A stretch of 64,000 nucleotides of DNA from Rhodothermales bacterium (GCA_039944855.1 JBDUXZ010000003.1:130169-194168), one strand, 5' to 3'. Positions 42,751-52,208 are shown, counted from the stretch's first letter. The notes: generated by a model not told the origin, from the letters alone. Numbers and translations are program-made.

Positions 42751-42872
42751 AGCGGGGGCGGTGGCGTCGAGCGAGGACGCTCCTGCGAGCAGGGCGGGCA
42801 AATTAAGCGGAGCGGATTGGAGGGGCCGGGGAGAGGTGGTGAAATCTGGACGAATCGGCCCGTTCCGCGGCG

Positions 42873-43214
42873 TTACGCCCGCGGCCCGCCAGCCCCCGAT
42901 CCCCCGTCCTCCCGCGCCTCGCTCGCGGCCTTCTCGGCCTTCTCGGCCTTCTTCGCCGCGCTCGCCCGGTCCATCTCGCGGACGACGCGGTAGAGCGTCG
43001 CCCCCGTCGCCACCACGCTCAGGACGATGCCGGTGATGAGCAGCCACGGGCTCGTCCCGAACCACCCGTCGGCGAAGTAGCCGAGGAGGAGGAAGAACAC
43101 CATCGAGATCGTGATCTCGATGCCGAGGCCGAAGTAGGGCCCCGCCTCCCGCATCGAGCTGCCGAAGATGCGGACGGGCGCGTTCCTCTTATCGGGGGGC
43201 TCGCCCGGCGTCAT
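42873..43214 (-). CDS. AtpZ/ATPase_gene1-like small membrane protein
   Basis: REAGPYFGLGIEITISMVFFLLLGYFADGWFGTSPWLLITGIVLSV resembles the AtpZ-family pattern. It is in the operon-leading position. Confidence 0.6.
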   Translation of the reverse strand: MTPGEPPDKRNAPVRIFGSSMREAGPYFGLGIEITISMVFFLLLGYFADGWFGTSPWLLITGIVLSVVATGATLYRVVREMDRASAAKKAEKAEKAASEAREDGGSGAGGPRA

Positions 43215-43220
43215 CGCGGG

Positions 43221-43703
43221 CTACGATTTCGGCGGAGCCGCCGGCCGGTCGGCGCGACGGCCTTCGCTCGCCTCGTCCGCCGCGGAGGGTGTGGGCTTGC
43301 CGGGGCCGGGCTTCGACTGCCCGCCCATCTCGCACGTGCCCGAGAACTTGGCGCCGTCCTCGATCACCAGCTTCGCTGTGTGGATGTTGCCCTCCACGAC
43401 GGCCGAATCCTTCAGCACGAGCCGCTCCTGCACGAACAGCTCCCCCTCGATCCGCCCCGCGATGTCGGCGTGGGACGAGCGGACTTCGCCCTCGACGACG
43501 CCCTCCGGCGTGACGACGGTCTTGCCTTCGACGTTCACATTCCCGATCACCTTTCCGGAGATGCGGACATCACTCTTTGCCCGGAGACCGCCTTCGATGA
43601 CGGTGCCGTGTCCGATGATGTTGACCTGCCCCGGAGGGACCGGAGCGCCGCTTCGCTGCTTCGACATGGTGGGGTCGCTGTTGTCGTTTCTAAAAAGGGC
43701 CAT
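43221..43703 (-). CDS. Bactofilin
   Basis: ATG at 43703 (MALFRNDNSDPTMSKQ...); 43667 is the alternative. The beta-helix repeats are IIGHGTVIEGGLRAKSDVRISGKVIGNVNVEGKTVVTPEGVVEGEVRSSHADIAGRIEGELF. The C-terminus is Pro-rich. Confidence 0.8.
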   Translation of the reverse strand: MALFRNDNSDPTMSKQRSGAPVPPGQVNIIGHGTVIEGGLRAKSDVRISGKVIGNVNVEGKTVVTPEGVVEGEVRSSHADIAGRIEGELFVQERLVLKDSAVVEGNIHTAKLVIEDGAKFSGTCEMGGQSKPGPGKPTPSAADEASEGRRADRPAAPPKS

Positions 43704-43875
43704 GGTGCCTAGTTCGTCAAGCGTGGTGGAGAGGCAACGTAATGGGTTGTACGCCTCGCGGTACGAGGCCGGCCCCGTCCAATAGTACGCCCCGGCTTTT
43801 CGTCCGGTCTCGGCGACAAACCGCCCGTCCCATCCCACGCGGACCTCGGCGCAGAAGGCGTCAGCGTCCGACGAG

Positions 43876-44775
43876 TCAGAGTCCGATGAGGTAGAGCCGG
43901 GGGTCCTGCGCCAGCCCGTTCCGCCACAGTTCGAAATGGAGGTGGGGGCCGGTCGTGATCTCGCCGGTGTTGCCGCTGAGGGCGACGGCTTCCCGGCTCC
44001 GCACGCGGTCCCCGATGCGCTTGAGGAGGCGGCTGTTGTGCTTGTAGACGGAAAGATAGCCGTCGGCGTGCTGGACGGCAACGACGTAGCCCCCATCGTT
44101 CGTCCAGTCGGCGAACACGACGTAGCCGTCGCCGATGGCGCGGACGGGGGTACCCTCTTCCACGGCTTCGTCGATGCCGTAGTGCCCGCGCGCCGCGTCG
44201 AAGCCGCGCGCGAAGAAGCCCTCGACGGGCGGGAGCGCGGGGAACTGGAGGCTGGCGAGGTACGCCTCGGCGGCGCCGCTGGGCACGGCGCGGCGGTCGG
44301 CAGCGAGGCGGCCGAGGGAGAGGGCGGGCTGCTCGTGGTCGGCCCAGTCGTCGGAGCGGGGCCGCGTCGGGACGTCCATCGGGCGGGCGTCGGCCCGGGT
44401 CGCTGCGGTGTCCGGCTGCTCGACGTCGTCTTCGCCCTCTTCCTCCTCGCCGATGATGGCGGTGCGGAGGCGCGCGAGGTATTCGTCCTGGAGGGCGAGG
44501 GAGTCCTCGAGCGCCGCCGCGCGGATCGTGTTGAGACGAGCCGTCTCGCGCAGCTCCTCCGGGTCCGGCCCGAGGACGAGCGTGCGGATGGGCGTCAGCA
44601 GAACGAGCGCGAGGAGGAGGACGGCGAGGACGCCAGATGCCGCTGCCACGAGGTAGAGGATCCGGCGCGGGTGGAGCTGGTACTGGCGCGGGTGCTCCAC
44701 CCCGCTCTCGTCCACGACGATCACGGTCCGGGGCTCATCGGTGCCCCTCGCGAGGTCTAACAGAAAAGAGGTCAT
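43876..44775 (-). CDS. M23-family peptidoglycan metallo-endopeptidase with an N-terminal TM anchor
   Basis: HYGIDEAVEEGTPVRA...GNTGEITTGPHLHFEL are the M23 zinc motifs. The TM helix is LYLVAAASGVLAVLLLALVLL. Confidence 0.85.
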   Translation of the reverse strand: MTSFLLDLARGTDEPRTVIVVDESGVEHPRQYQLHPRRILYLVAAASGVLAVLLLALVLLTPIRTLVLGPDPEELRETARLNTIRAAALEDSLALQDEYLARLRTAIIGEEEEGEDDVEQPDTAATRADARPMDVPTRPRSDDWADHEQPALSLGRLAADRRAVPSGAAEAYLASLQFPALPPVEGFFARGFDAARGHYGIDEAVEEGTPVRAIGDGYVVFADWTNDGGYVVAVQHADGYLSVYKHNSRLLKRIGDRVRSREAVALSGNTGEITTGPHLHFELWRNGLAQDPRLYLIGL

Positions 44776-44933
44776 AAGCGCGGGCGCTTTTACCGAGGAT
44801 TAACGGGCAGCGCGCTTCATTTCATTGTATCCGCAAACCCAGCGTGCTAAATTAGCGTCTTCGCCGGCCGATGGTGTTAATCCTCTACCAAGAACCGCGC
44901 ACGGCTTTCAGCACGAATCAACGCTTTCCTTTT

Positions 44934-45185
44934 ATGCCCCAGCACAAGTCCGCAGAGAAGCGCGTCCGTCAGAACGAGAAGCGCCGTGCCCGCAACCGCT
45001 ACCACAAGGTGCGTATGCGCACGATGATCAAGCAACTCGAGGCCACGGAGAACCGGGCCGAGGCCGAGCCGCTCCTCAACGAAGTCAAGGGCTACCTCGA
45101 CCGTCTCGCCACGAAGCGGGTCATCACCCCCAACAAGGCGGCACACACGAAGAGCCACCTCGACAAGATGGTCAACGCGCTCTAG
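44934..45185 (+). CDS. rpsT: 30S ribosomal protein S20
   Basis: ATG at 44934 (MPQHKSAEKRVRQNEKRRARNRYHK...). Confidence 0.95.
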   Translation: MPQHKSAEKRVRQNEKRRARNRYHKVRMRTMIKQLEATENRAEAEPLLNEVKGYLDRLATKRVITPNKAAHTKSHLDKMVNAL

Positions 45186-45197
45186 TACGTTCACTTA

Positions 45198-45230
45198 CGG
45201 CCCACACCGCGCACTCCGCCGTGTGGGCCG
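45198..45230 (+). terminator. Hairpin after rpsT (10-bp perfect stem, no clear U-tract)
   Basis: CGGCCCACAC-13 nt-GTGTGGGCCG, 13 nt after the rpsT stop. Confidence 0.5.
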
Positions 45231-45637
45231 TCGCTGTAAGGGGGCTCGATTCTCGTTCCGTCGAGCGCTCTGCTTCGTTTGCCAGCGTTCTGCAGCGAGG
45301 CTCCGCTCTTTGATCTACCGCTTCGAGCGGAACCGTGTCTCCCGATCCTCAGTTGACGCGACAGCCGGACGCCCGAATCTTGGATAAAACGGCACTCGCC
45401 GTCTCCAATCTTCCGAGCCCCGGCGCCCCTTAGTACCGTAACGGCCGGGCCCTTCTTCTCCCTCAGCACGTCTTGAGAAAAGCGCCCGAACCCCGCCGTT
45501 TTATTGCATGTCACCGTATTATTTCGCATACTCCGTGTCAGGCCACCCCTGACCTTACTTGCGAATAACAACCCGGCTTCAGCCGGTTTGCCATCCACTC
45601 CCCTGTCACCCGAACCACACCCCAAGGAGAAGACACT

Positions 45638-47269
45638 ATGACCAAGCGTCTACAATCTCCGCTCTTGCTGGCCTGCGCAACGTTCTTGCTCTTCGCCACA
45701 GTGGCGGAAGCCCAAGTCGCACGCCCGTACAAGACGCCTTATATCAGCGCTTACGGAGGCCTCGGCCTCTACGGCGGCGATATCGACGGAGCCCCGAATA
45801 ACGACCCCGACAACGTCCTCAGCGACCCCGGCTACGCCGCCGCTGGCGAGATCGGCTACCAGTTCACGCCCTCGCTCGCCTTCGGTGTAGCGTATAACTA
45901 CGGGAACTACCCCGAACTCCAGACCGACTTCGACGGCACCTTCACGAACGCCGTCGAGTCGCGCTCGCAGATCCAGGCGGCCTTCCGCTATTTCGTCTTC
46001 CCGTCTTCGAAGATCACGCCTTACGTCAAGCTCGGCGTGAGCTACTCGTTCGAGCCGGATTTCAGCGAGGTAACGGACAACGCGCCCGGTACGGGCGGTG
46101 CTGAAGAAACCACCGACGCCTGGGGCCCCCTCGTCGGCGGCGGTGTCGACCTCCTCCTCGGCCGGAAGTTCTCCCTCTTCCTCGAGGGCAACGCGGCGTT
46201 CCTCTTCCCGGATAACGCTATCGACGGCACGAACCCCGGTGCCCAGGGCATCGCGGGGGACAACTCCGACTTCGACTGGCTCGCCCTCATCGGTGGCGGC
46301 GCTCGCTTCTGGTTCCGCGGTGCGGTCCAAGAGGTCGAGGCGACCATCGACTGCGCTACGTCGCTGGAAGTGGGTCAGGCCGGCACGTTCACGGCGTTCG
46401 TCAACGAAGACGCCTCGGGCCCCCTCACCTACTCGTGGGCGTGGGGCGACGGCTCCTCCTCGAACGGCCTCGTAGCGACGCACAGCTACTCCGCCGCCGG
46501 GACCTACACCGTCACGTTCACCGCGACCGGCCCGGCTAACTCCGACACGGAGACCTGCCTCGTCACGGTCAACGAGCCGCCGATGGAAGCCCCGGTCCTC
46601 TCCGCGTGTGCCGCCCGTCCGATGACGGCGAATGTGGGTGAGACCGTCAACTTCTCGGCCACGTCTGCTGGCACCCGCCCCGTCACCTTCGAGTGGAACT
46701 TCGGCGACGGCACGACGGCCAGCACGCTCAATGCGACGCACGCCTACAACGAAGTCGGCACCTACAACGTCACCCTCACGGCGACGAACGAGGCCGGCAG
46801 CGACACGTGCACGATGACCGTCACGGTCGTCGATCGCTTCTGCGACGAAGTCACGGACCTGAACACGGTCTACTTCGACCGCAACATGAGCACGCTCGAT
46901 GAGGAGGCCATGAGCCGCCTCGACGAGAACATCGCCGTCCTCGAGCGCTGCCCGGACATCTGCACGATCATCAACGCCTACGCGGATAGCCGCGAACGCG
47001 ATGGTCTCCGCCTGTCCGAGCGCCGCGCCGCTGCGGTTGAAGCGTACTACGTCCAGAACGGCATCGATGCCAGCCGCCTCCGCGCTCGCGGCCTCGGCGT
47101 CGCTCCGGACGACAACTACAAGGAGGACCAGGGCGCCGGCAGCCGCCGCGCCGAGTCCATCCCCGTCCCCTGCACGGAGCTCGACTCCATGATGGACGGC
47201 GACATGGACATGGATGATGACATGGACATGGACGACGACATGGACATGGATGACGACGACGGTATGTAA
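45638..47269 (+). CDS. Outer-membrane protein: N-terminal beta-barrel, two PKD domains, OmpA-like C-domain, (Asp-Met)-repeat tail
   Basis: A signal peptide is present. The PKD blocks are YSWAWGDGSSSNGLVATHSYSAAGTYTVTFTATG and FEWNFGDGTTASTLNATHAYNEVGTYNVTLTATN. The OmpA block is VYFDRNMSTLD...RLSERRAAAV. The tail is MDGDMDMDDDMDMDDDMDMDDDDGM. Confidence 0.85.
   Translation: MTKRLQSPLLLACATFLLFATVAEAQVARPYKTPYISAYGGLGLYGGDIDGAPNNDPDNVLSDPGYAAAGEIGYQFTPSLAFGVAYNYGNYPELQTDFDGTFTNAVESRSQIQAAFRYFVFPSSKITPYVKLGVSYSFEPDFSEVTDNAPGTGGAEETTDAWGPLVGGGVDLLLGRKFSLFLEGNAAFLFPDNAIDGTNPGAQGIAGDNSDFDWLALIGGGARFWFRGAVQEVEATIDCATSLEVGQAGTFTAFVNEDASGPLTYSWAWGDGSSSNGLVATHSYSAAGTYTVTFTATGPANSDTETCLVTVNEPPMEAPVLSACAARPMTANVGETVNFSATSAGTRPVTFEWNFGDGTTASTLNATHAYNEVGTYNVTLTATNEAGSDTCTMTVTVVDRFCDEVTDLNTVYFDRNMSTLDEEAMSRLDENIAVLERCPDICTIINAYADSRERDGLRLSERRAAAVEAYYVQNGIDASRLRARGLGVAPDDNYKEDQGAGSRRAESIPVPCTELDSMMDGDMDMDDDMDMDDDMDMDDDDGM
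47201..47254 (+). repeat. 3 x 18-nt in-frame tandem repeat (GACATGGACATGGAYGAY) encoding DMDMDD x3
   Basis: Read directly from the sequence. It lies inside the 3' end of the OmpA/PKD gene. Confidence 0.8.
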
Positions 47270-47306
47270 GTCGTCCCTCCTCTGCTGAAAAGCAGGTAGT
47301 TTGGAA

Positions 47307-47338
47307 GGCGGGTCTGCAATCGCAGGCCCGCCTTTCTT
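47307..47338 (+). terminator. Intrinsic terminator after the OmpA/PKD gene
   Basis: GGCGGGTCTGC-aatc-GCAGGCCCGCC (one mismatch) followed by TTTCTT. Confidence 0.55.
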
Positions 47339-47374
47339 CATATCCTCTCTGTATCTCCCACCGCCTGTCCCCCG

Positions 47375-48376
47375 ATGCCCGGCTTCGACCTGCTCGCCCG
47401 CGAACGGATCGCGCACGCTCTCAAAGCAGAGGCTCGCCGCCTCGGCTTCGACGCGTGCGGCATCGCGAAGGCGGAACGATTGGACGTCGAAGCCGAGCGG
47501 CTCGAACGGTGGCTGCTCGAAGGCCGCCACGCCTCTATGCAGTGGATGGAGAACCACTTCGAGAAACGCGTGGACCCGCGCCTACTCGTCGACGGCGCGC
47601 AGACGGTGATCTCCGTGCTGCACAACTACCATCAGCCCGTGGCGCACGCCGATGGGCCGGAGGTCGGCAAGATCAGCCGGTATGCGTGGGGCGACGACTA
47701 CCACGACGTGCTGAAAGAGAAGCTCTTCGCGCTCTACGCTTGGCTCGACGAGGCGGTCGGCGGCATCTCGGGGCGCGCGTTCGTCGACTCCGCGCCCGTG
47801 CTCGATAAGGCGTGGGCGGCACGGAGCGGGCTCGGGTGGGTCGGGAAGAGCACGATGTTGCTCAACCGAGAGCTGGGGTCGTTCTTCTTCATCGGCGAAT
47901 TGATCGTGGACGTGCCGCTGCCGGCGGACGGACTCGTGCCGGACTACTGCGGCTCGTGCACACGCTGCCTCGATGCGTGCCCCACCGGCGCCCTCGACGC
48001 GCCGTACCAGATCGACGCGAACCGCTGCATCTCGTACCTCACGATCGAGCATCGCGGGGCCGAACTGCCCGACGGCGTGAGCAGCGAGGTCGGCAACTGG
48101 ATCTTCGGCTGCGACATCTGCCAGGACGTGTGCCCGTGGAACAAGTTCAGCCGCCCGACGCAGGAGCCGCGCTTCCTCCCCCGCCCCGGCGTCACCGACA
48201 CCGAGCTGCGCGAGTGGGTCGAGCTCGACCTCGAGGCTTTCCGCGCCCGCTTCCGCAAGAGCCCGGTGAAGCGAGCCAAGTTCGAAGGGTTCCAGCGCAA
48301 CGTGCGGGCTGCGTTGGAGAGCCTGGGAGACGATGAGGCGAAGAGGCGAAGAGACGATGAGGCGAAGAGACGATGA
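47375..48376 (+). CDS. queG: tRNA epoxyqueuosine(34) reductase
   Basis: The N-terminal QueG block is LKAEARRLGFDACGIA...HASMQWMENHFEKRVDP. The two ferredoxin motifs are CGSCTRCLDACPTGA and CDICQDVCPWN. Confidence 0.9.
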   Translation: MPGFDLLARERIAHALKAEARRLGFDACGIAKAERLDVEAERLERWLLEGRHASMQWMENHFEKRVDPRLLVDGAQTVISVLHNYHQPVAHADGPEVGKISRYAWGDDYHDVLKEKLFALYAWLDEAVGGISGRAFVDSAPVLDKAWAARSGLGWVGKSTMLLNRELGSFFFIGELIVDVPLPADGLVPDYCGSCTRCLDACPTGALDAPYQIDANRCISYLTIEHRGAELPDGVSSEVGNWIFGCDICQDVCPWNKFSRPTQEPRFLPRPGVTDTELREWVELDLEAFRARFRKSPVKRAKFEGFQRNVRAALESLGDDEAKRRRDDEAKRR

Positions 48377-48441
48377 GTGCGCGACCTGGAGGTGGCGCCG
48401 CCGCAAATCCTCGGCTCTTCGGTCCCTCGTTTCGTACCCCC

Positions 48442-50826
48442 TCAGCCGTCGGCGCGGGGCAGGGTCACGTCGAACCGCGTGCCCTCGCCGCGCTCGCTCG
48501 CCACGACGACGGTCCCGTTCATCGCTTCGACGATGCGCTTGACAATCGCGAGGCCGAGGCCCGAGCCCTCGTAGTTCCGGTTGAGCCGGTTGTCCTCCTG
48601 CGAGAACGGCTCGAAGAGGTCCGCCATGTAATCGGGCTCGATGCCGATCCCCGTGTCCTCGACGGTGATCCGCACGGCCGTCTCGTCCACGCCCGTGGCG
48701 ATGCGGACGTGCCCGGCCTCGGTGAACTTCACCGCGTTCGAAACGAGGTGCTCGACGATCTGCTCGATCCGCCGCGCCTCGCCGAGCACGATCGGGTCGT
48801 CCGCCGCGAGGTCGAAGTCGAGGGCCACGCCGCGTTCGGCGAGGGCCGCTTTGTGGCCGGCCGTCACCTGCGTGACGATGGGGTGCAGCGCCACCGGGGC
48901 GCGGTCCACGTACATCCGCCCGCTCTGCAGGCTCGCGAGGTCGAATAGGTCGTTGACGAGGCGGAGCACCTTCTTCGTGCTCGTGCGGATCGTCGAGGCG
49001 AACTCGGTGACTTCGGGCGGGGCCTCAGGCAGCGCCGCGACCTCTTCCAGCAGCAGCTCGGCGAAGCCGCTGATGGCGCCGAGAGGAGTCCGGATCTCGT
49101 GGCTCATCGTGGCGAGGAACGTGGACTTCATCCGGGTAGCCGACTCCGCATCCTGCCGCGCCTGAATCAGCGTCGCCTCGGCCTCTTTCGCCTCGGTCAC
49201 ATCGGAGAGGATGCCCGCCACGACGGTGTGGCTCGTACGGTCGCGGCCGGGCGTGGCGCTCTCGCGCAGCCAGCGGACGCCGCCCTGCGCCGTGCGGATC
49301 CGATATACGAGCCGGCTCTCGTGTCCAGCGCGCAGGCGTTCCTCGTGCTTCGCCACAGCATCGCGGTCGTCGGCGAACACGACCGACCGGCCCCACGAGA
49401 GCTCGCCGGAGAGGAGTTCGTCCGTCGAATAGCCCGTCAGCGCTTCCATCTGCCGCGTGGCGAAGGAATACAATCGCTCCCCGCCCTCGGCAAAAGTGAA
49501 CGAGAACAGGCTGTCCTCGACTGACGAGACGACCTGCCGGTAGCGAGCCTCGGCCAGCATCCACCCCCAGAGGGTCTCGAACAGCACGCCGAGGCGGCGG
49601 AGCGCGCGGCGCTCGGCGGGGGCCCACCGCTCCGGGGAGTCGCTGCGCCCCGTGAGCAGCAGCATGCCGCCCGGCTTTCCTTCCACCGTAAACGGCAGCA
49701 CTACGGCTCCGCCCCCAATGGTTTCTGCCACGGCGCGCGGGAGCGTCCGCGTGGGATCGCTCGAGAGCGAAGCCCAGACTGCCGCGTCGAACCGGATCGG
49801 GGTACCGGATTCATCGGACGCGCCGCTCCACCGGGCCTGTTCGCCGAAGCTTTCGGCCCCCTCTTCGGGCAGCAGCACGGCGACGCAGTCGGCGCCCGCC
49901 GTCTCGCCGAGGATGCGCGCGGCGGCAGCGAGAAACGTGTGGGGTTCCGACGTGGACGCGAGCGCCGCGTCCCGCAGCGCGAGCCCTGCCTGGTCGTAGC
50001 GCTGGAGCACGCGGAGTTCCTCCTCGCGCTCGCGCTCTTCGGTGACGTCGGTGAGCATGAGCACGCCACCGATGATCCCCTCCTCGGGGTGCTGGATCGC
50101 CGCACCGTACACCTGCGCGATCCGCCTGCGTCCGTCGCTGCGCATGACGACGAGGTCGTCCGCTGTGAACGGGTCCCCTTCGGCCAGCATCCGCATCACG
50201 AGCGCGCACAGCCGGTCGTCAAAGCCGGCGATCTCGCTCAGCGCTCGACCGATCCACGCCGCGTCGGCGTCCTCGCCCGTAATCGTGCGGAGCCGGTGGT
50301 TCTCGAACGTGACGACGCCCTCCGCGTCGAGGTGGGCGATGCCGACGGGGCTCTGTTCGAGGAAGGTCTGGTAGAGCATTTCGCTCTGGAGGAGCGCGGC
50401 CGTCATCTCGTCGCGCTCGGTCACGTCCACGAACACCCCGCTCATCTCGTCGCCCTCGCTCTGGAGGCGGACGTTCGCCCGACGCATCGCGCCGCCGGCC
50501 GTCTGAAAGCGGATGCTCGTCTCCGCATGCCCCTGCCGGAGCGCGGAGCGGAGCGCGCCCGTCAGCCGGTGCCGGTCCTCGGGGTGGGTGATCTCCAGCC
50601 ACAGCGGGCGGCCTACCATCGCCTCGGTCGCGTGGCCGGTGAGCCGAGCCGCCGCCTCGTTCGCGAAGCAGAGCGTGCCGTCGGGCCGCAGGCGGACGAG
50701 CGGGACCGGGAGGTGCGTCGCCACCGCTTCGAAGGGGCGCGCGGTCGTCGCCGTGCACTCCCCGCCCTCGCATTCTGGAAGTCGATGTCCGTTCGGGATC
50801 GACGTGTTACGATTGGTGGCGGACAT
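48442..50826 (-). CDS. Cytoplasmic multi-PAS/GAF sensor histidine kinase
   Basis: The H-box is FLATMSHEIRTPL. The HATPase blocks are VEDTGIGI, GSGLGLAIV and GEGTRF. Several PAS-like units lie upstream, and there is no TM segment. Confidence 0.9.
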   Translation of the reverse strand: MSATNRNTSIPNGHRLPECEGGECTATTARPFEAVATHLPVPLVRLRPDGTLCFANEAAARLTGHATEAMVGRPLWLEITHPEDRHRLTGALRSALRQGHAETSIRFQTAGGAMRRANVRLQSEGDEMSGVFVDVTERDEMTAALLQSEMLYQTFLEQSPVGIAHLDAEGVVTFENHRLRTITGEDADAAWIGRALSEIAGFDDRLCALVMRMLAEGDPFTADDLVVMRSDGRRRIAQVYGAAIQHPEEGIIGGVLMLTDVTEEREREEELRVLQRYDQAGLALRDAALASTSEPHTFLAAAARILGETAGADCVAVLLPEEGAESFGEQARWSGASDESGTPIRFDAAVWASLSSDPTRTLPRAVAETIGGGAVVLPFTVEGKPGGMLLLTGRSDSPERWAPAERRALRRLGVLFETLWGWMLAEARYRQVVSSVEDSLFSFTFAEGGERLYSFATRQMEALTGYSTDELLSGELSWGRSVVFADDRDAVAKHEERLRAGHESRLVYRIRTAQGGVRWLRESATPGRDRTSHTVVAGILSDVTEAKEAEATLIQARQDAESATRMKSTFLATMSHEIRTPLGAISGFAELLLEEVAALPEAPPEVTEFASTIRTSTKKVLRLVNDLFDLASLQSGRMYVDRAPVALHPIVTQVTAGHKAALAERGVALDFDLAADDPIVLGEARRIEQIVEHLVSNAVKFTEAGHVRIATGVDETAVRITVEDTGIGIEPDYMADLFEPFSQEDNRLNRNYEGSGLGLAIVKRIVEAMNGTVVVASERGEGTRFDVTLPRADG

Positions 50827-50921
50827 CGGGGCGGCAACGGGCGAAACAGGCGGAAACGATGGGTGCTGCGTACGAACACGCGCAACGGTACGTCTCCTTC
50901 AAACTTGCTGCCAACTCGCCG

Positions 50922-52208
50922 CTACTCGGAGATCGGGTGCCGCCGCTCGGCCGGCACGACGGTCAGCAGCCACACGAACCCGGTGAGCACCTGCACGCTC
51001 GCGAAGAGGAAGATGATCGTCCCGAGGCTCGCCACGGCGTATTCGAGCAGGAGCGCCGCCGCCAGCACCGACGCCGATTCGACGAGGGTGACGAGCAGCC
51101 AGTCCGTCGCGAAGACGCGGCCCCGGAAGCGGTCCTCGGTGCGCTGCTGCAGGAGCACTGTCGAGAGCACCCAGTTCGCTCCGCTCGCGGCGTGCGCGAA
51201 GATGACGAGCGGGACGACGACCCACAGCCAGCCGACCTGGCTGATGAGGATGTAGCCGAGCCCGCTCAACGCCATGCACACGCCGAGGAGCGCGGGCCAG
51301 CGCTGCGCGTCGGGCAGCCACGCCCGCGCGAGGATCGGCCCGAGGCCGGTGCCGAGCCCGCGCGCCGAATACAGCAGGCCGATCCCGAGCGCGGGCTGGT
51401 CCGGCATGAGCGCTTCGGCGAGGAGGACGAGCATGAAGACCGGCGCGCCGCCGCCGATGCCCCACGCCGCTTTCGCGAGCGCGATGCGCCCGACGCTCGG
51501 CCGCTCGCGCATCCGCCGCCAGCCCTCGACGATCGTGCGGAGCCCGTCGCGCACCGGCGTCGCCGTCGGCTCGGCGGCCTCGGTGTCCTGCGGGATCACC
51601 GTCCGCCAGATGAACCACGCTGAGACGAGGTACGTCGCGCTGTCGATCACGAAGACGGCCTGCGGCCCGAGCGCCTCGACGGCGAGCCCACCGACCGCCG
51701 CACCAATCGCGAGCATCGTCGACCACGTCGCCGACATCAGCGCGTTCGCCGTCAGCAGATCTTGCCCCGGCACGATGTTCGGAATCGACGCGCTCTTGGC
51801 CGGGTTGAACACGGCGCTGATCGTGACCTGTAGCGCCGTCAGCGCGTAGATCAACCACACGTCCGCCGCGTCGCCGACGAGCAGGAAGCCGAGCACGACG
51901 ACGGCCCGGATCAGGTCGGCGCCGATCATCACGCGGCGCCGGTTCCAGCGGTCCACGATCAGCCCGGCGACGGGCGAGGCGAGCGCGAGCGGCAGCATCT
52001 TCGTGATGAAGACGGCCCCGAGCGCGAGCGGCGACCCCGTCAGCTCCTCGATCAGCCGGTAGATGGCGATCGTGTTGAACCAGTCGCCGAAGAGCGAGAC
52101 GATGTTGCCGCCCCACAGCCGCCGGAAGTTGACGTTCGTACGAACGAGTTCGACGTAGCCCGAGGGCGAGACGCTATCAGGAACAGGGCGCGGGCGGCCG
52201 TTCGACAC
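50922..52208 (-). CDS. MFS transporter
   Basis: 428 aa with about 12 TM helices. The block GLIVDRWNRRRVM is typical of MFS loop 2-3. Confidence 0.85.
   Translation of the reverse strand: MSNGRPRPVPDSVSPSGYVELVRTNVNFRRLWGGNIVSLFGDWFNTIAIYRLIEELTGSPLALGAVFITKMLPLALASPVAGLIVDRWNRRRVMIGADLIRAVVVLGFLLVGDAADVWLIYALTALQVTISAVFNPAKSASIPNIVPGQDLLTANALMSATWSTMLAIGAAVGGLAVEALGPQAVFVIDSATYLVSAWFIWRTVIPQDTEAAEPTATPVRDGLRTIVEGWRRMRERPSVGRIALAKAAWGIGGGAPVFMLVLLAEALMPDQPALGIGLLYSARGLGTGLGPILARAWLPDAQRWPALLGVCMALSGLGYILISQVGWLWVVVPLVIFAHAASGANWVLSTVLLQQRTEDRFRGRVFATDWLLVTLVESASVLAAALLLEYAVASLGTIIFLFASVQVLTGFVWLLTVVPAERRHPISE

Noticed and set aside
44776-44933. A Bacteroidota-type promoter (TTG ... TAnnTTTG) for rpsT at cattgtatccgcaaacccagcgtgcTAAATTAG.
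   Set aside because: It is only a partial match (TAAATTAG), and the promoter consensus for this lineage is not known to me. The evidence is too weak to annotate.
45240-45270. ggggctcgattctcgttccgtcgagc resembles the 5' end of tmRNA (GGGGCUGAUUCUGGAUUCGACG).
   Set aside because: Within the next ~400 nt there is no tRNA-like T-arm (GGTTCGAxTCC) and no complementary acceptor 3' strand with ACCA. The segment simply folds as a local hairpin.
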